NCBI GenBank assembly: GCA_031365545.1
Contig: JANLYH010000132.1
Coordinates: 4,571 to 68,570, forward strand
From: Pyrinomonadaceae bacterium
GTDB taxonomy: Bacteria > Acidobacteriota > Blastocatellia > Pyrinomonadales > Pyrinomonadaceae
DNA: 64,000 nucleotides
Direction: 5' to 3'
In this document: one piece after another, positions 18,853 through 28,739 of the stretch
Position numbering within the stretch: the stretch's first letter is position 1
Layout: each line of letters opens with the position of its first letter
Notes under the pieces: model-generated
The model's database searches: none
What the model saw: the letters and a program-made list of their open reading frames with translations, nothing else
Told to the model about the DNA's origin: nothing
Made by a program: the position numbers and the translations under genes

Positions 18853-18956
18853 TTAATCGTCAATCGTAAATAGCTTGGTTCGGCTGCTGACCTCTGCATT
18901 TACACAGCGGATGTTGTGAGGACTTGGTTCTTACTATTTACGATTTGCTATTCACC
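18844..18956. repeat. Heptamer array (NGTAAAT-type x4) across the stop codon, plus an inverted partner
   Basis: ggtaaat agttaat cgtcaat cgtaaat ag (18844-18873), with the partner ctattta cgatttg ctattca (18934-18954). The perfect 12-bp core is aatcgtaaatag / ctatttacgatt. Confidence 0.85.
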
Positions 18957-18961
18957 TTTAT

Positions 18962-19993
18962 ATGAAGCCAATCACCTACAGCGATGCTGGTGTCGACATC
19001 GATGCGGCCACTCGGGCGACTGACAAGATCAAAAAGCTGGCCCGACGCACGTTTAACCAGCGAACGCTTTCCGAGATCGGAAGCTTCGGGGGGATGTTTG
19101 ACGGAGCTTTTCCGAATTTGAAGCATCCGGTGCTGGTTGCGTCAGCCGACGGAGTTGGCACAAAGCTGAAGATTGCCTTCATTACCGGGGTTCACCATAC
19201 GGTCGGACGGGATCTCGTCAACCACTGCGTGAACGATATTCTGGTCCAGGGCGCGCGTCCACTTTTCTTCCTCGACTACATCGCCACTGGAAAGTTGCAG
19301 CCCGAAGTTGTTGCGAGCGTGGTTGAAGGCGTGGCTAACGGCTGTCGCGAAAACGGTTGCGTCTTGCTTGGTGGGGAAACTGCGGAGATGCCGGATTTCT
19401 ATTCGCCGGGTGAATACGATGTCGCCGGCTTCATCGTCGGTGTGGCAGACCGCGAGAAGATAATCGATGGCAAAGGAATTGTTCCCGGTGATTTGTTGTT
19501 AGCACTTCCGTCAGTTGGACTTCATACCAACGGTTACTCGCTCGCGCGCAAGTTGTTTTTCGAAGTTGCCGGCCACGACGCCGCCACTAGACTCGATGAG
19601 TTGGGCGCGACAGTCGGTGAAGCACTATTGCGGGAGCACGTCAGTTACCTCAAGCCCCTCGAGGGACTGCTTGATTCGGGAATGATAAAAGGGCTCGCGC
19701 ACATCACCGGTGGCGGGCTCACTGATAACCTGCCAAGGATCCTGCCTGAAGGTTCCGCGGTGGAAATTGATAAGGGCAGCTGGCCGGTGCTTCCTCTTTT
19801 CGAAGTAATGCAGGAAATCGGGAACGTCTCCGAAGCCGAGATGTATCGTACGTTCAATATGGGCGCGGGCATGGTGATCGTCACGTCGCCGCAAGACCTC
19901 GCGACAATCAAATCTCATCTGCAAACCCAAGACGCGCCGGTTTATCAAATCGGGCGCGTCAGCAAAGGCAACCGGGAAGTTTCAATCCGATAA
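18962..19993 (+). CDS. purM: Phosphoribosylformylglycinamidine cyclo-ligase (AIR synthetase)
   Basis: DAGVDID, DGVGTK and GGETAEMP motifs. 343 aa. Confidence 0.92.
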   Translation: MKPITYSDAGVDIDAATRATDKIKKLARRTFNQRTLSEIGSFGGMFDGAFPNLKHPVLVASADGVGTKLKIAFITGVHHTVGRDLVNHCVNDILVQGARPLFFLDYIATGKLQPEVVASVVEGVANGCRENGCVLLGGETAEMPDFYSPGEYDVAGFIVGVADREKIIDGKGIVPGDLLLALPSVGLHTNGYSLARKLFFEVAGHDAATRLDELGATVGEALLREHVSYLKPLEGLLDSGMIKGLAHITGGGLTDNLPRILPEGSAVEIDKGSWPVLPLFEVMQEIGNVSEAEMYRTFNMGAGMVIVTSPQDLATIKSHLQTQDAPVYQIGRVSKGNREVSIR

Positions 19994-20000
19994 TTCGATA

Positions 20001-20609
20001 GTGACTAAGCGCATTGGCATCCTAATCTCCGGTCGCGGGTCAAACATGCTCGCGCTGGCTGACGCTGTGAACGCTGGCCGCGTCCCGGACGCTGAAATTG
20101 CGTTGGTTGTAAGTGATCATGCTGAAGCTGTTGGCCTGGTGGCGGCCGAAGCGCGCGGGCTCAGAACTCTGGCGATCGAACGCGCGGGTCGTTCACGTGA
20201 AGAACATGACCGCGCGATAGTTGCAGCGCTCGAGGAGCACAAAATCGACCTTGTTTGTCTGGCCGGCTACATGCGTTTGCTCTCCAGTTACTTCAGCGAC
20301 GGCTACCGCAATCGCATTTTGAATATCCATCCGAGTTTGCTGCCGGCGTTTCCCGGACTCGACGTGCACGCCCGAGTCCTGCAGCAGGGCGTTAAGTGGA
20401 GCGGCTGCACCGTTCACTTTGTCGACGAAACTCTTGATGGCGGCCCAATCATCGGGCAGAAAGCGGTAGCGGTTCTGGCGGACGATACGGAGGAAACTCT
20501 TTCCGCCCGCATTCTCGAACAGGAACACCAGCTGTACGCTGAAGCGCTGGCTCTCGTTGTTAGCGGAAAATACGAGATAGTTGGCCGGCGTGTCTTGCCA
20601 AAAGAATGA
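20001..20609 (+). CDS. purN: Phosphoribosylglycinamide formyltransferase
   Basis: ILISGRGSN, NIHPSLLP and VHFVDETLDGGPII motifs. GTG start. Confidence 0.9.
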   Translation: MTKRIGILISGRGSNMLALADAVNAGRVPDAEIALVVSDHAEAVGLVAAEARGLRTLAIERAGRSREEHDRAIVAALEEHKIDLVCLAGYMRLLSSYFSDGYRNRILNIHPSLLPAFPGLDVHARVLQQGVKWSGCTVHFVDETLDGGPIIGQKAVAVLADDTEETLSARILEQEHQLYAEALALVVSGKYEIVGRRVLPKE

Positions 20610-20630
20610 GGCGGGTCCGCCTTGCAACCT

Positions 20631-21902
20631 ATGACGATTGACGAGCAGCTAGATTTTCTGCGAAAGGGAACCACGGAGATTATTCGTGAAGACGATCTGC
20701 GCGCGAAGTTGGAAAAGTCTGCGAAGACGGGCAAGCCGCTGCGCGTAAAACTTGGCGCTGATCCCACGGCACCCGACATCCATCTTGGTCACACGGTTGT
20801 CATTCGCACCCTGCGTGCATTTCAGGAGCTGGGCCATACAGCGATTTTTTTGATCGGAGACTTTACTGGACTGATTGGCGATCCTTCGGGAAAGTCGGCC
20901 ACGCGCCCGCAGCTCACGCGCGAAGAGATCAAGCAAAACGCTGAAACCTACAAGCGACAGATATTCAAGCTGCTCGATCCGGAGAAGACTGAGATACGTT
21001 TTAATTCCGAATGGATGGACAAGCTTGATGCAGCAGGTTTCGTGCGGCTCGCCTCCCACGTCACTGTCAGACAAGTCCTTGAACGCGATGATTTTGCCAA
21101 GCGCTTAGCTGAGGAAAAACCAATCGCGCTCCACGAGCTCCTTTACCCGTTAACTCAGGCTTACGATTCGGTCGCGCTGGCAGCCGATGTGGAGCTGGGT
21201 GGGACAGACCAAAAATTTAACTTGCTGATGGGACGCAATCTCCAACGCGAGTATGATCAGGAGGCGCAAGTCGCGGTTATCACGCCGTTGCTCGAAGGCA
21301 CTGATGGTGTGCAGAAGATGTCGAAGAGTCTCGGCAACTACATCGGCATCAACGAGCCGCCGTCGGAAATCTTCGGCAAGGTGATGTCGATCTCGGATGA
21401 CTTGATGTGGCGGTATTATGAACTGCTCACTGATCTCTCAGTCGAACAGATCGAGGCCCGACGCGACCGATCGGAGGCGGGCGATGTGAACCCGCGCGAT
21501 CTGAAGGTCGAGTTGGCGAAACGGATCGTTGCTGACTTCCATTCCAGTGCTGAGGCGCAGCAATCAGAAACAGAATTCAATCGCGTTCACAGGAGCAAGG
21601 AAGTGCCGGAGGAGGTTAGCCTCTGCGAGGTAGAAGCTGGTGTGTGGCTGCTGCCACGTCTGCTCGTTAGAACAGCACTTGCGCCATCGATCGCTGAAGC
21701 CAGACGATTGATCGAACAAGGCGGCGTGCGTATCGGTGGTGTGCGTCACACGGATGCCGGTGTCGTGGTCATGATTAACGTCGGCGACGAAGTTCAAGTG
21801 GAAGTTAAGGTTGCGGCTAGAATCAATCCTGGTGACGAGGCTCTCCTACAGGTCGGTAAGCGAAGGTTCGTACGTATCCGCGGGGAGTCGGCTCCACCTT
21901 GA
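20631..21902 (+). CDS. tyrS: Tyrosine--tRNA ligase
   Basis: HIGH-type motif (PDIHLGH), KMSKS and a C-terminal S4-like domain. I chose ATG 20631. The ORF track begins at TTG 20622. Confidence 0.9.
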   Translation: MTIDEQLDFLRKGTTEIIREDDLRAKLEKSAKTGKPLRVKLGADPTAPDIHLGHTVVIRTLRAFQELGHTAIFLIGDFTGLIGDPSGKSATRPQLTREEIKQNAETYKRQIFKLLDPEKTEIRFNSEWMDKLDAAGFVRLASHVTVRQVLERDDFAKRLAEEKPIALHELLYPLTQAYDSVALAADVELGGTDQKFNLLMGRNLQREYDQEAQVAVITPLLEGTDGVQKMSKSLGNYIGINEPPSEIFGKVMSISDDLMWRYYELLTDLSVEQIEARRDRSEAGDVNPRDLKVELAKRIVADFHSSAEAQQSETEFNRVHRSKEVPEEVSLCEVEAGVWLLPRLLVRTALAPSIAEARRLIEQGGVRIGGVRHTDAGVVVMINVGDEVQVEVKVAARINPGDEALLQVGKRRFVRIRGESAPP

Positions 21903-21953
21903 CTCGGGCTGCTACTGAGTTCGATACTTCATTCGTTTTTAGAGTCGCACATT

Positions 21954-22340
21954 ATGAGTACAGAAATAAGCACACTATTGATCCGCTCACCTGACGTTTG
22001 CGGCGGACGTTTGCGCATCGACGGAACTCGCATCACTGTCAGTCAGATAATTGTCTTGTGTAAGCAAGGAGATAGCGCTGAGGATATTGTGGACCAAAAT
22101 CCGGATCTTACGTTGGCCCAAATTTATGCCGCCCTAGCTTACTATCACGCAAATCGGGAAGAGATTGAAGCGGACCTCGAGGCAGAAGGAAAAGAAACTC
22201 CAGTCCAAACAAATGGCCTCACTGGTTCGCTAGAAAAAGAATTCCGGCTAGAAGCTTTCAAGAAATTGCAACGCAACTTAAGTCTTACGCCGGCAAAAGC
22301 TGCGGAGTGGCAAGACGCCGTTAGAGAGGCGCGCCGCTAA
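21954..22340 (+). CDS. DUF433-domain antitoxin with an extended C-terminal tail
   Basis: The PDVCGGRLRIDGTRITVSQII core is the DUF433 signature. The stop lies 6 nt before the PIN gene. Confidence 0.72.
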   Translation: MSTEISTLLIRSPDVCGGRLRIDGTRITVSQIIVLCKQGDSAEDIVDQNPDLTLAQIYAALAYYHANREEIEADLEAEGKETPVQTNGLTGSLEKEFRLEAFKKLQRNLSLTPAKAAEWQDAVREARR

Positions 22341-22346
22341 CAGCGG

Positions 22347-22718
22347 ATGATTCATCTCGACACTAACTTTCTCATCCAGGCACTCGTGCCGAACTCTGCG
22401 GCCGAAGCGAAACTACAAACATGGCTAGAAGATGGGGAGGACTTAGGCGTTAGCTCTATTGCTTGGAGCGAGTTTCTTTGTGGGCCACTGACTCAAAATG
22501 ATGAGACGTTGGCCGAGATGCTTTTCCCCGCGCCCGAACCGTTCCTCGCGTCTGATGCGCACAAGGCGGCAGAACTATTCAAAGCGACTGGCCGTCGCTC
22601 ACGCAGTCTAGCGGATTGCCAGATTGCGGCGGTGGCGCTGCGTTGCGAAGCACGCATTGCTACGGAAAACGTTTCGGACTTCACGCTATTTCAAAGGCAT
22701 GGACTTACCGTTGTGTGA
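22347..22718 (+). CDS. vapC: PIN-domain ribonuclease toxin (VapC-like)
   Basis: MIHLDTNFLI (Asp5), SEF (Glu), LADCQIAA (Asp) and ATENVSDF, matching the PIN acidic-residue pattern. 123 aa. Confidence 0.8.
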   Translation: MIHLDTNFLIQALVPNSAAEAKLQTWLEDGEDLGVSSIAWSEFLCGPLTQNDETLAEMLFPAPEPFLASDAHKAAELFKATGRRSRSLADCQIAAVALRCEARIATENVSDFTLFQRHGLTVV

Positions 22719-22742
22719 ATGAATTACAACTCGTAGTTTCTT

Positions 22743-23564
22743 ATGTCTGCAACCCTGGCCACTGAAGACATTCTGATTATCGAAACGCCCGAGCGTGTGC
22801 CACTTCACTTCGCGTTGGCTTCGATTGGCAATCGATTTCTCGCCTGCGCGATCGATCATACTATCCAGGTCGTCACTCTCATCCTGATATTCATCGGGTT
22901 TACGCTGCTCGCGAATTACTCGAGTCTTGGGGATCAGTTCTCAAACGCGCCGAAGTGGGTTAAGGCGATTTTGATCGTCCTGGTATTTCTGATCTTTTCC
23001 GGTTACTTCGCTTTTTTCGAATGGATTTGGAATGGTCAAACTCCCGGCAAGCGTTGGCTGAAGCTGCGCGTGATTCGCGAAGACGGTCGGCCGGTGACAT
23101 TCTGGGAAGCGGCAGTGCGGAATCTGTTGCGAACTCTCGACATGATGCCCGCGCCATTTTATTCGATTGGACTGATCTCGGTCTTTATTAGTTTGTCTGA
23201 TCAGCGTGTAGGCGACATGGTGGCCGGGACCGTCGTAGTGCGCGAACGCGAAGCAGAAGCACCCGCTTTTGCCCAGGTGTTTGCTTCGCAGGTTAGTGAC
23301 CCTGCCTTGCGGCGCTCTTTCAAGCCGGTGGAGTTCGTTGCTGACATAGACGTTTTAACTGAATCAGAAATCTCCGTGGTGGAAACTTTCCTGCGCCGCC
23401 GTTGGGATTTGGCTGACATGGCGCGACAGTGGATGGCCTGGAGAGTGTCAATCCCACTCCTCTATAAGCTGCGGCCAACTTATGACCGGCCAACTTTTAC
23501 TTACGAAGGCTTTCTGGAAGAACTGCTGCACCGTTATCGTGCTCGCCATCGGTTTATCGAGTAA
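22743..23564 (+). CDS. RDD-family membrane protein
   Basis: FLACAIDH..., three TM helices and the QTPGKRWLKLRVIREDG motif typical of RDD domains. Confidence 0.72.
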   Translation: MSATLATEDILIIETPERVPLHFALASIGNRFLACAIDHTIQVVTLILIFIGFTLLANYSSLGDQFSNAPKWVKAILIVLVFLIFSGYFAFFEWIWNGQTPGKRWLKLRVIREDGRPVTFWEAAVRNLLRTLDMMPAPFYSIGLISVFISLSDQRVGDMVAGTVVVREREAEAPAFAQVFASQVSDPALRRSFKPVEFVADIDVLTESEISVVETFLRRRWDLADMARQWMAWRVSIPLLYKLRPTYDRPTFTYEGFLEELLHRYRARHRFIE

Positions 23565-23679
23565 CACCGTCAACGTCATTGGCTCATCGCAACGAGCGAA
23601 ATTGACCGAGTCATTTTCGTCTGTTACGCTTTTTAGTTTGTTGAGTTGAGCAAAATTCAAACCGGGAGTGGTGAGTAAC

Positions 23680-24861
23680 ATGGCGAAGGATCTGTTCATA
23701 CTGGGTGGCAAGCGAACGGCGATGGGAGAGTACGTCGGCGTTCTCAAAGATATTTCAGCAATTGATCTGGGAGCGATTGCCGCCCGCGGCGCCTTGGACG
23801 CCACCGGCGTTGCGCCGGAAGAAATCGATCACACCGTGATGGGAAATGCATTGCAAACTTCCGGCGATGCAATCTATGGCGCACGTCACGTGGCCCTGAA
23901 AGCGGGAGTTCCATTTGATCGTCCGGCGCTCACTGTTAACCGTCTGTGCGGCAGCGGCATTCAGTCGATCATTTCAGGCGCGCAAATGATTCAGCTCGGG
24001 GAAGCGCAAACTGCGTTGGTTGGCGGGATGGAATCCATGTCCCAGGCTCCGCATGTTATCAGGGGTGCGCGCTCGGGGTTCCCACTCGGTGGTGGCAAAC
24101 TTGAAGACAGTCTGATGGTTGCTCTGCTCGATACCTATTGCAACACGCCCATGGCCGGCACGGCGGAGAATCTGGCGCGCAAGTTTGAGATCTCGCGCGA
24201 AGAGCAGGATGAATATGCGCTACGATCGCAACAAGAAGCGAAACGAGCTCAGGATGCGGGTTACTTTGCCGAAGAGATCGTTCCGGTGGAAGTTAAATCG
24301 CGAAAGTCTTCCGTCCTCTTTGCAGCAGATGATCACCTGCGACCAGAGACAACCATGGAAGTTTTAGCAAAACTGAGACCGGCATTTGCGAAGGACGGCT
24401 TTGTCACAGCCGGAAATGCCTCGGGAATTGTCGACGGCGCCGCGGCTCTGATCATTGCTGGCGAAGAGTATGTAAAACGAGCAAACGCGAAACCGCTGGG
24501 TCGCATAGTGAGTTGGGCTTATGCAGGTGTCGAGCCGGAGTTGATGGGCATTGGACCGGTGCCGGCGTCGCGACAGGCTTTAGCTAAGGCAGGTCTCAGA
24601 CTCTCCGACATGGACGTCATTGAAGTCAATGAAGCTTTCGCCGCGCAGTATCTAGCGGTCGAGAAGGAGCTGGGACTGGATCGCTCTCGCACGAACGTCA
24701 ACGGTGGCGCGATTGCCCTGGGACACCCGTTGGGTGCGACCGGGACGCGATTGGTTATCACACTTCTGCATGAGTTGCATCGCAGAGCAGGGCGGTTTGG
24801 ACTGGCGACAGCCTGCATTGGCGGTGGACAGGGAATAGCGATGATCGTCGAACGGGTCTGA
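23680..24861 (+). CDS. Acetyl-CoA C-acetyltransferase (thiolase II)
   Basis: NRLCGSG (active-site Cys), NVNGGAIALGHPLGATG and CIGGGQG. The start is trimmed to ATG 23680, with GGGAG 12 nt upstream. Confidence 0.9.
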   Translation: MAKDLFILGGKRTAMGEYVGVLKDISAIDLGAIAARGALDATGVAPEEIDHTVMGNALQTSGDAIYGARHVALKAGVPFDRPALTVNRLCGSGIQSIISGAQMIQLGEAQTALVGGMESMSQAPHVIRGARSGFPLGGGKLEDSLMVALLDTYCNTPMAGTAENLARKFEISREEQDEYALRSQQEAKRAQDAGYFAEEIVPVEVKSRKSSVLFAADDHLRPETTMEVLAKLRPAFAKDGFVTAGNASGIVDGAAALIIAGEEYVKRANAKPLGRIVSWAYAGVEPELMGIGPVPASRQALAKAGLRLSDMDVIEVNEAFAAQYLAVEKELGLDRSRTNVNGGAIALGHPLGATGTRLVITLLHELHRRAGRFGLATACIGGGQGIAMIVERV

Positions 24862-25299
24862 AAGCCGGCACCAATCCACTTTGCCGCGGACCTTCCGGAT
24901 TTCCTGAATTTCCGATTTTATCCAAATTCTCGGTAAACCCGATGATGAAGGAAGTCCAAAAACGCGATTAAATGTGGGAAAGTGGGCACTAAACTGCTGG
25001 CCAATTACTGGCGCTTATTCGGCACGAAGCTTGCGGAATAGAATTGCGATGCCGTCAGTCCGTTCCATCTTTTCGGAAGCAAACCAATCACGTCGTATTT
25101 ACACCAACTTAACGCATATCAGGCTTGCGCAGATACCGGCGGCCGTGGTAGAAGTTTGCCTCTATATCAGGGTGGCAGTCGCTTCCCTTCTGGACATAAA
25201 TTCAATTTGCACTAGTTTTCAATTCGAAGGTCGCAACCTGCGCCCAATTCGGTCGCGCAGACTCTTTCAACGTTATCTAATTCTAAGGAGTTCCCCAGT

Positions 25300-28200
25300 A
25301 TGTCGAAATTTGTGAAGCTCTCTTTTGTGCTCTCGTTTATTCTCGGGATGAGCGCGATCGCTTTTGGACAGTCAACAGTGACTGGCGCCATTGGCGGCGT
25401 CGTAACCAACCCGAATAAGGAAGTTGTTCCCAATGCGTCCGTGACCGTTCGCAACAGCGGGACCAGCAAGGAAGACACTGCGACCACTGATGATCAGGGA
25501 CGCTTCAAAGTCGCGGGACTTCAGCCCGGCACTTATTCTTTGACGATCAATGGGTCAGGATTCAGTCCTTACACCCAGGATGTCACGGTTGAAATTGGCC
25601 GCGAGACTAGCATTAATGCGGCCCTCTCGATTGGGCCGGTCTCCGGCGGTACAGTGGAGGTGACCTCGGAGGCTCCGGTCATTAACACTTCGCAGCAGGA
25701 CTTTTCCAGCAATATCAATCAGACTTCAATCAGCGAGCTGCCCATCAACGGCCGGCGCTGGTCAAATTTCGCATTGCTCACGCCGGGCGCCGTTCCAGAC
25801 GGCACTTTCGGTTTGATCAGCTTCCGTGGAATCTCCGGCTTGTTAAATAACAACACGATCGACGGCGGCGACAACAATCAGGCGTTCTTTTCTGAGGAAC
25901 GTGGCCGCACGCGCATCAGCTATTCCATCAGCCAGTCTGCCATCCGCGAGTTTCAGGTCAACACCTCGAGCTACTCGGCTGAGTATGGCCGCTCTGCCGG
26001 CGGAGTTGTGAACGCCGTCACCAAGAGTGGTACCAACGCCTTTCACGGCGATGCTTTCTACTTCCAACGCAATAATAAGTGGGGCGCTCGCAATCCCCGC
26101 AGCTTCCTCACGCAAAACATCGGCGGGGTTTTCACTCCAGTTGCATTTAAACCCGTTGACGTCCGCCACCAGTTTGGCGGCACCATCGGCGGACCAATCG
26201 TCAAGGACACAGCGTTTTTCTTCTTTAGCTACGATGAACAGAGACGCAACTTCCCCGGCGTTTCTACCTATACCGCTCTCGACTTTCTAAATCGTGCTGA
26301 CACATGTGCGTTGACGGCCGCCGCCGGCGCGGCGATCACCTTGGCAACCTGCCCGGCCTACCCGGGAACAGCGAGCGCGACCCGGACCGGTTCCCTGGCG
26401 ACTGGTAAAGGCTTGACCGCGGCTCAGGTCACCAATGCTCTGAACTTTCTCAATGGCATCTCCGGACAGGTACCCCGAAGGGGAAATCAGCGGCTGTTTC
26501 TGCCGAAAGTTGATTGGAACTTGAACAGCAAGAATACCTTCACGGCAACTTACAACCGCCTTCGCTGGGTATCGCCCGCCGGCATTCAGACTCAGGCAAT
26601 CAACACTCGTGCCCGAGACAACTTTGGCGACGATGGTGTGAATATCGACTCACTGAATCTGCGCCTGGCTTCTACAATTTCGAATTCGCTAATCAATGAG
26701 TTTCGCTTCCAGTGGGGTCGCGACAATGAATTTCAGACCAGTCAGCCACCACTCCCAGGTGAGCCAACCACTTCGTTGAATGGCCGCTCGCCGCAAACTT
26801 TCATTACCAACGGCTTCTCTTTTGGTATTCCTGAATTCCTGGAGCGCCCGGCATTTCCGGATGAACGCCGCCACCAGTTTGCAGATACAGTGACGCTCAC
26901 TTCAGGTAGCCATACCTTCAAGTATGGCGGCGACGTTAACCTGGTCAAGGACATCATCAGCAACCTGCGTTTTTCCGGTGGTGAGTTCAATTACACCGGT
27001 GGCGTCAACGCGGCTGGTTATTACGGTGGTTTGAACGATTTCATCATCGACTACACAAACTTCTTGTCTGCGTTGCCGGCGGCTTCTCCGTGCTACAGCA
27101 GTACGCGGACCCGAGGTAAGTGCTACGGTGGTAACTACAATCAGGGACTTGGCGTCTTTGGTTTAACCATGAAGACCACGGACCTTAACTTCTTCCTACA
27201 GGATGACTGGCGAGTTAGCCCGCGCCTGACGGTTAATCTTGGTGTGCGTTACGAGTATCAGAGAAACCCGCTACCCATTAACGTCAACCCAGTGTTGCCG
27301 CAGACAGGTGTGAGCGTGAATGATCGTAATAACATCGGTCCGCGCATTGGCTTCGCCTACGACGTGAATGGCGACGGCAAGACGAGTATTCGCGGTGGCT
27401 GGGGAATCTACTATGGCCGCGTGATTAACTCGACCGTTTACAATGCGCTGGTCAACACCGGTGTAGGTATAGACCGGGCCCAGCGTCAGGTTACGCTTGC
27501 TGCGACCGCGGCAACCGCCCCGCTTTACCCGAACCTACTAGCGGCAGGCACGCTCGTTACGCCTGCGGTGCAGTTCTTCTCGCCGAAGTTCCAGTTGCCA
27601 CAGATTCATCAGTGGGACTTCATCTTCGAACGAGAGGTTGCCAGGAACACCGTTGTTTCCGCTTCGTATCTCGGCAGCTTTGGGAATTCGCTGCCTAACT
27701 TCGTGGACACTAACCTAAGTGCCCCAACTGGCACCGGCACTTTCATTGCTGTGGGTGGACCTTACGACGGTCAGCAATGGCGCATACCTCTATTTTTGGG
27801 CGCCCGGCCAGTCTCTTCGTTCGCTCAGATGACCGAGATTCGTAGCGATGTCTTTTCGAAATACCACGCGCTGGTACTTCAGGCAAACCGCAGGTTAACT
27901 GATGGGTTGCAATTCCAAAGCAGCTATACCCTGTCGAGGGCGTATGACAACGGACAAAGCTCGGTGACTTTCACCTCAAACAACCTGCCATTTAACGCTT
28001 TCGATCAGTCAGGTGAGCAGGCTCTGTCCAGCTTTGATCGGAGACAGAAGTTTGTTACCAGTCTTATCTACAACACAAACTTCAAGGGTGGCAGCCACGC
28101 GTCACGGTCACTACTAAATGGCTGGACGTTTGCGCCAATCCTTAATGCCTTCTCGGGAGCGCGTTTCACGCCGACCGTTTCCGGCACCGTCAGCCCAGTC

Positions 28201-28587
28201 AATAATTTTGGCTTCGCGGCTGGTACGGTAACGCAAGCTGGCGGACTCAATGGCTCCTTGGGCTCAACTCGGTTCGCGCTGCTGCAGCGCAACGCTTACA
28301 AGCAACCGAACATTTGGTACCTGGACATGCGTATCTCGCGTCGGTTTGCTCTTGGCGAGAGGGTCAAGTTGGAGTTGCTGGCTGAGGGCTTCAACCTGTT
28401 TAACCGCACGCAGGTCACAAACGTGAGCGCGGGCATCTATTCGATAGATACCACCGGCTCAGCAGCCGCGCCGAGACCGTTCCTGAATTTCAGCAGCGGC
28501 GCCAGTGGCTTTAACAGCGTCACGGGCGCTGACAGCACCCTCTTCCGTGAGCGGCAAGTTCAGTTAGCTGCTCGCGTCCAGTTCTAA
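25300..28587 (+). CDS. TonB-dependent outer-membrane receptor with an N-terminal carboxypeptidase-regulatory-like domain
   Basis: Signal peptide, a CarbopepD_reg-like segment (VTVRNSGT..TDDQGRFKVAGLQPGTYSL), the plug motif ELPINGRRWSNFALLTPG and a C-terminal beta-barrel ending ...ARVQF. Confidence 0.85.
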   Translation: MSKFVKLSFVLSFILGMSAIAFGQSTVTGAIGGVVTNPNKEVVPNASVTVRNSGTSKEDTATTDDQGRFKVAGLQPGTYSLTINGSGFSPYTQDVTVEIGRETSINAALSIGPVSGGTVEVTSEAPVINTSQQDFSSNINQTSISELPINGRRWSNFALLTPGAVPDGTFGLISFRGISGLLNNNTIDGGDNNQAFFSEERGRTRISYSISQSAIREFQVNTSSYSAEYGRSAGGVVNAVTKSGTNAFHGDAFYFQRNNKWGARNPRSFLTQNIGGVFTPVAFKPVDVRHQFGGTIGGPIVKDTAFFFFSYDEQRRNFPGVSTYTALDFLNRADTCALTAAAGAAITLATCPAYPGTASATRTGSLATGKGLTAAQVTNALNFLNGISGQVPRRGNQRLFLPKVDWNLNSKNTFTATYNRLRWVSPAGIQTQAINTRARDNFGDDGVNIDSLNLRLASTISNSLINEFRFQWGRDNEFQTSQPPLPGEPTTSLNGRSPQTFITNGFSFGIPEFLERPAFPDERRHQFADTVTLTSGSHTFKYGGDVNLVKDIISNLRFSGGEFNYTGGVNAAGYYGGLNDFIIDYTNFLSALPAASPCYSSTRTRGKCYGGNYNQGLGVFGLTMKTTDLNFFLQDDWRVSPRLTVNLGVRYEYQRNPLPINVNPVLPQTGVSVNDRNNIGPRIGFAYDVNGDGKTSIRGGWGIYYGRVINSTVYNALVNTGVGIDRAQRQVTLAATAATAPLYPNLLAAGTLVTPAVQFFSPKFQLPQIHQWDFIFEREVARNTVVSASYLGSFGNSLPNFVDTNLSAPTGTGTFIAVGGPYDGQQWRIPLFLGARPVSSFAQMTEIRSDVFSKYHALVLQANRRLTDGLQFQSSYTLSRAYDNGQSSVTFTSNNLPFNAFDQSGEQALSSFDRRQKFVTSLIYNTNFKGGSHASRSLLNGWTFAPILNAFSGARFTPTVSGTVSPVNNFGFAAGTVTQAGGLNGSLGSTRFALLQRNAYKQPNIWYLDMRISRRFALGERVKLELLAEGFNLFNRTQVTNVSAGIYSIDTTGSAAAPRPFLNFSSGASGFNSVTGADSTLFRERQVQLAARVQF

Positions 28588-28609
28588 CAAGAGGGTAATT
28601 AAACCAGCT

Positions 28610-28650
28610 AATTGGGGCGTGTTCCTGTCGGGGACACGCCCCAATTATTT
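28610..28650 (+). terminator. Rho-independent terminator after the TonB-dependent receptor
   Basis: A 13-bp perfect stem, aattggggcgtgt (28610-28622) with acacgccccaatt (28634-28646), followed by atttgt. Confidence 0.7.
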
Positions 28651-28739
28651 GTGGTGGCAGCCCAGTCACGCAATTTGTTACTATCTACGAGCCCGCTTCA
28701 AGCGGCGTTCCGAGCTTCCCGCCCTCCATTCCAATATCT

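Noticed and set aside
24983-24998. A sigma-54-like element, TGGGCACTAAACTGCT (GG-N10-GC spacing).
   Set aside because: Only the GG/GC dinucleotides and their spacing fit, and the flanking consensus positions (TGGCAC / TTGCW) are poorly matched. No enhancer-binding protein gene is adjacent. It is too weak to call.
24974-25315. A 113-aa ORF upstream of the TonB-dependent receptor, and the 25212..25487 antisense ORF.
   Set aside because: Neither has a motif. They run into or overlap the receptor start, and their composition is atypical. I treated the region as a non-coding leader.
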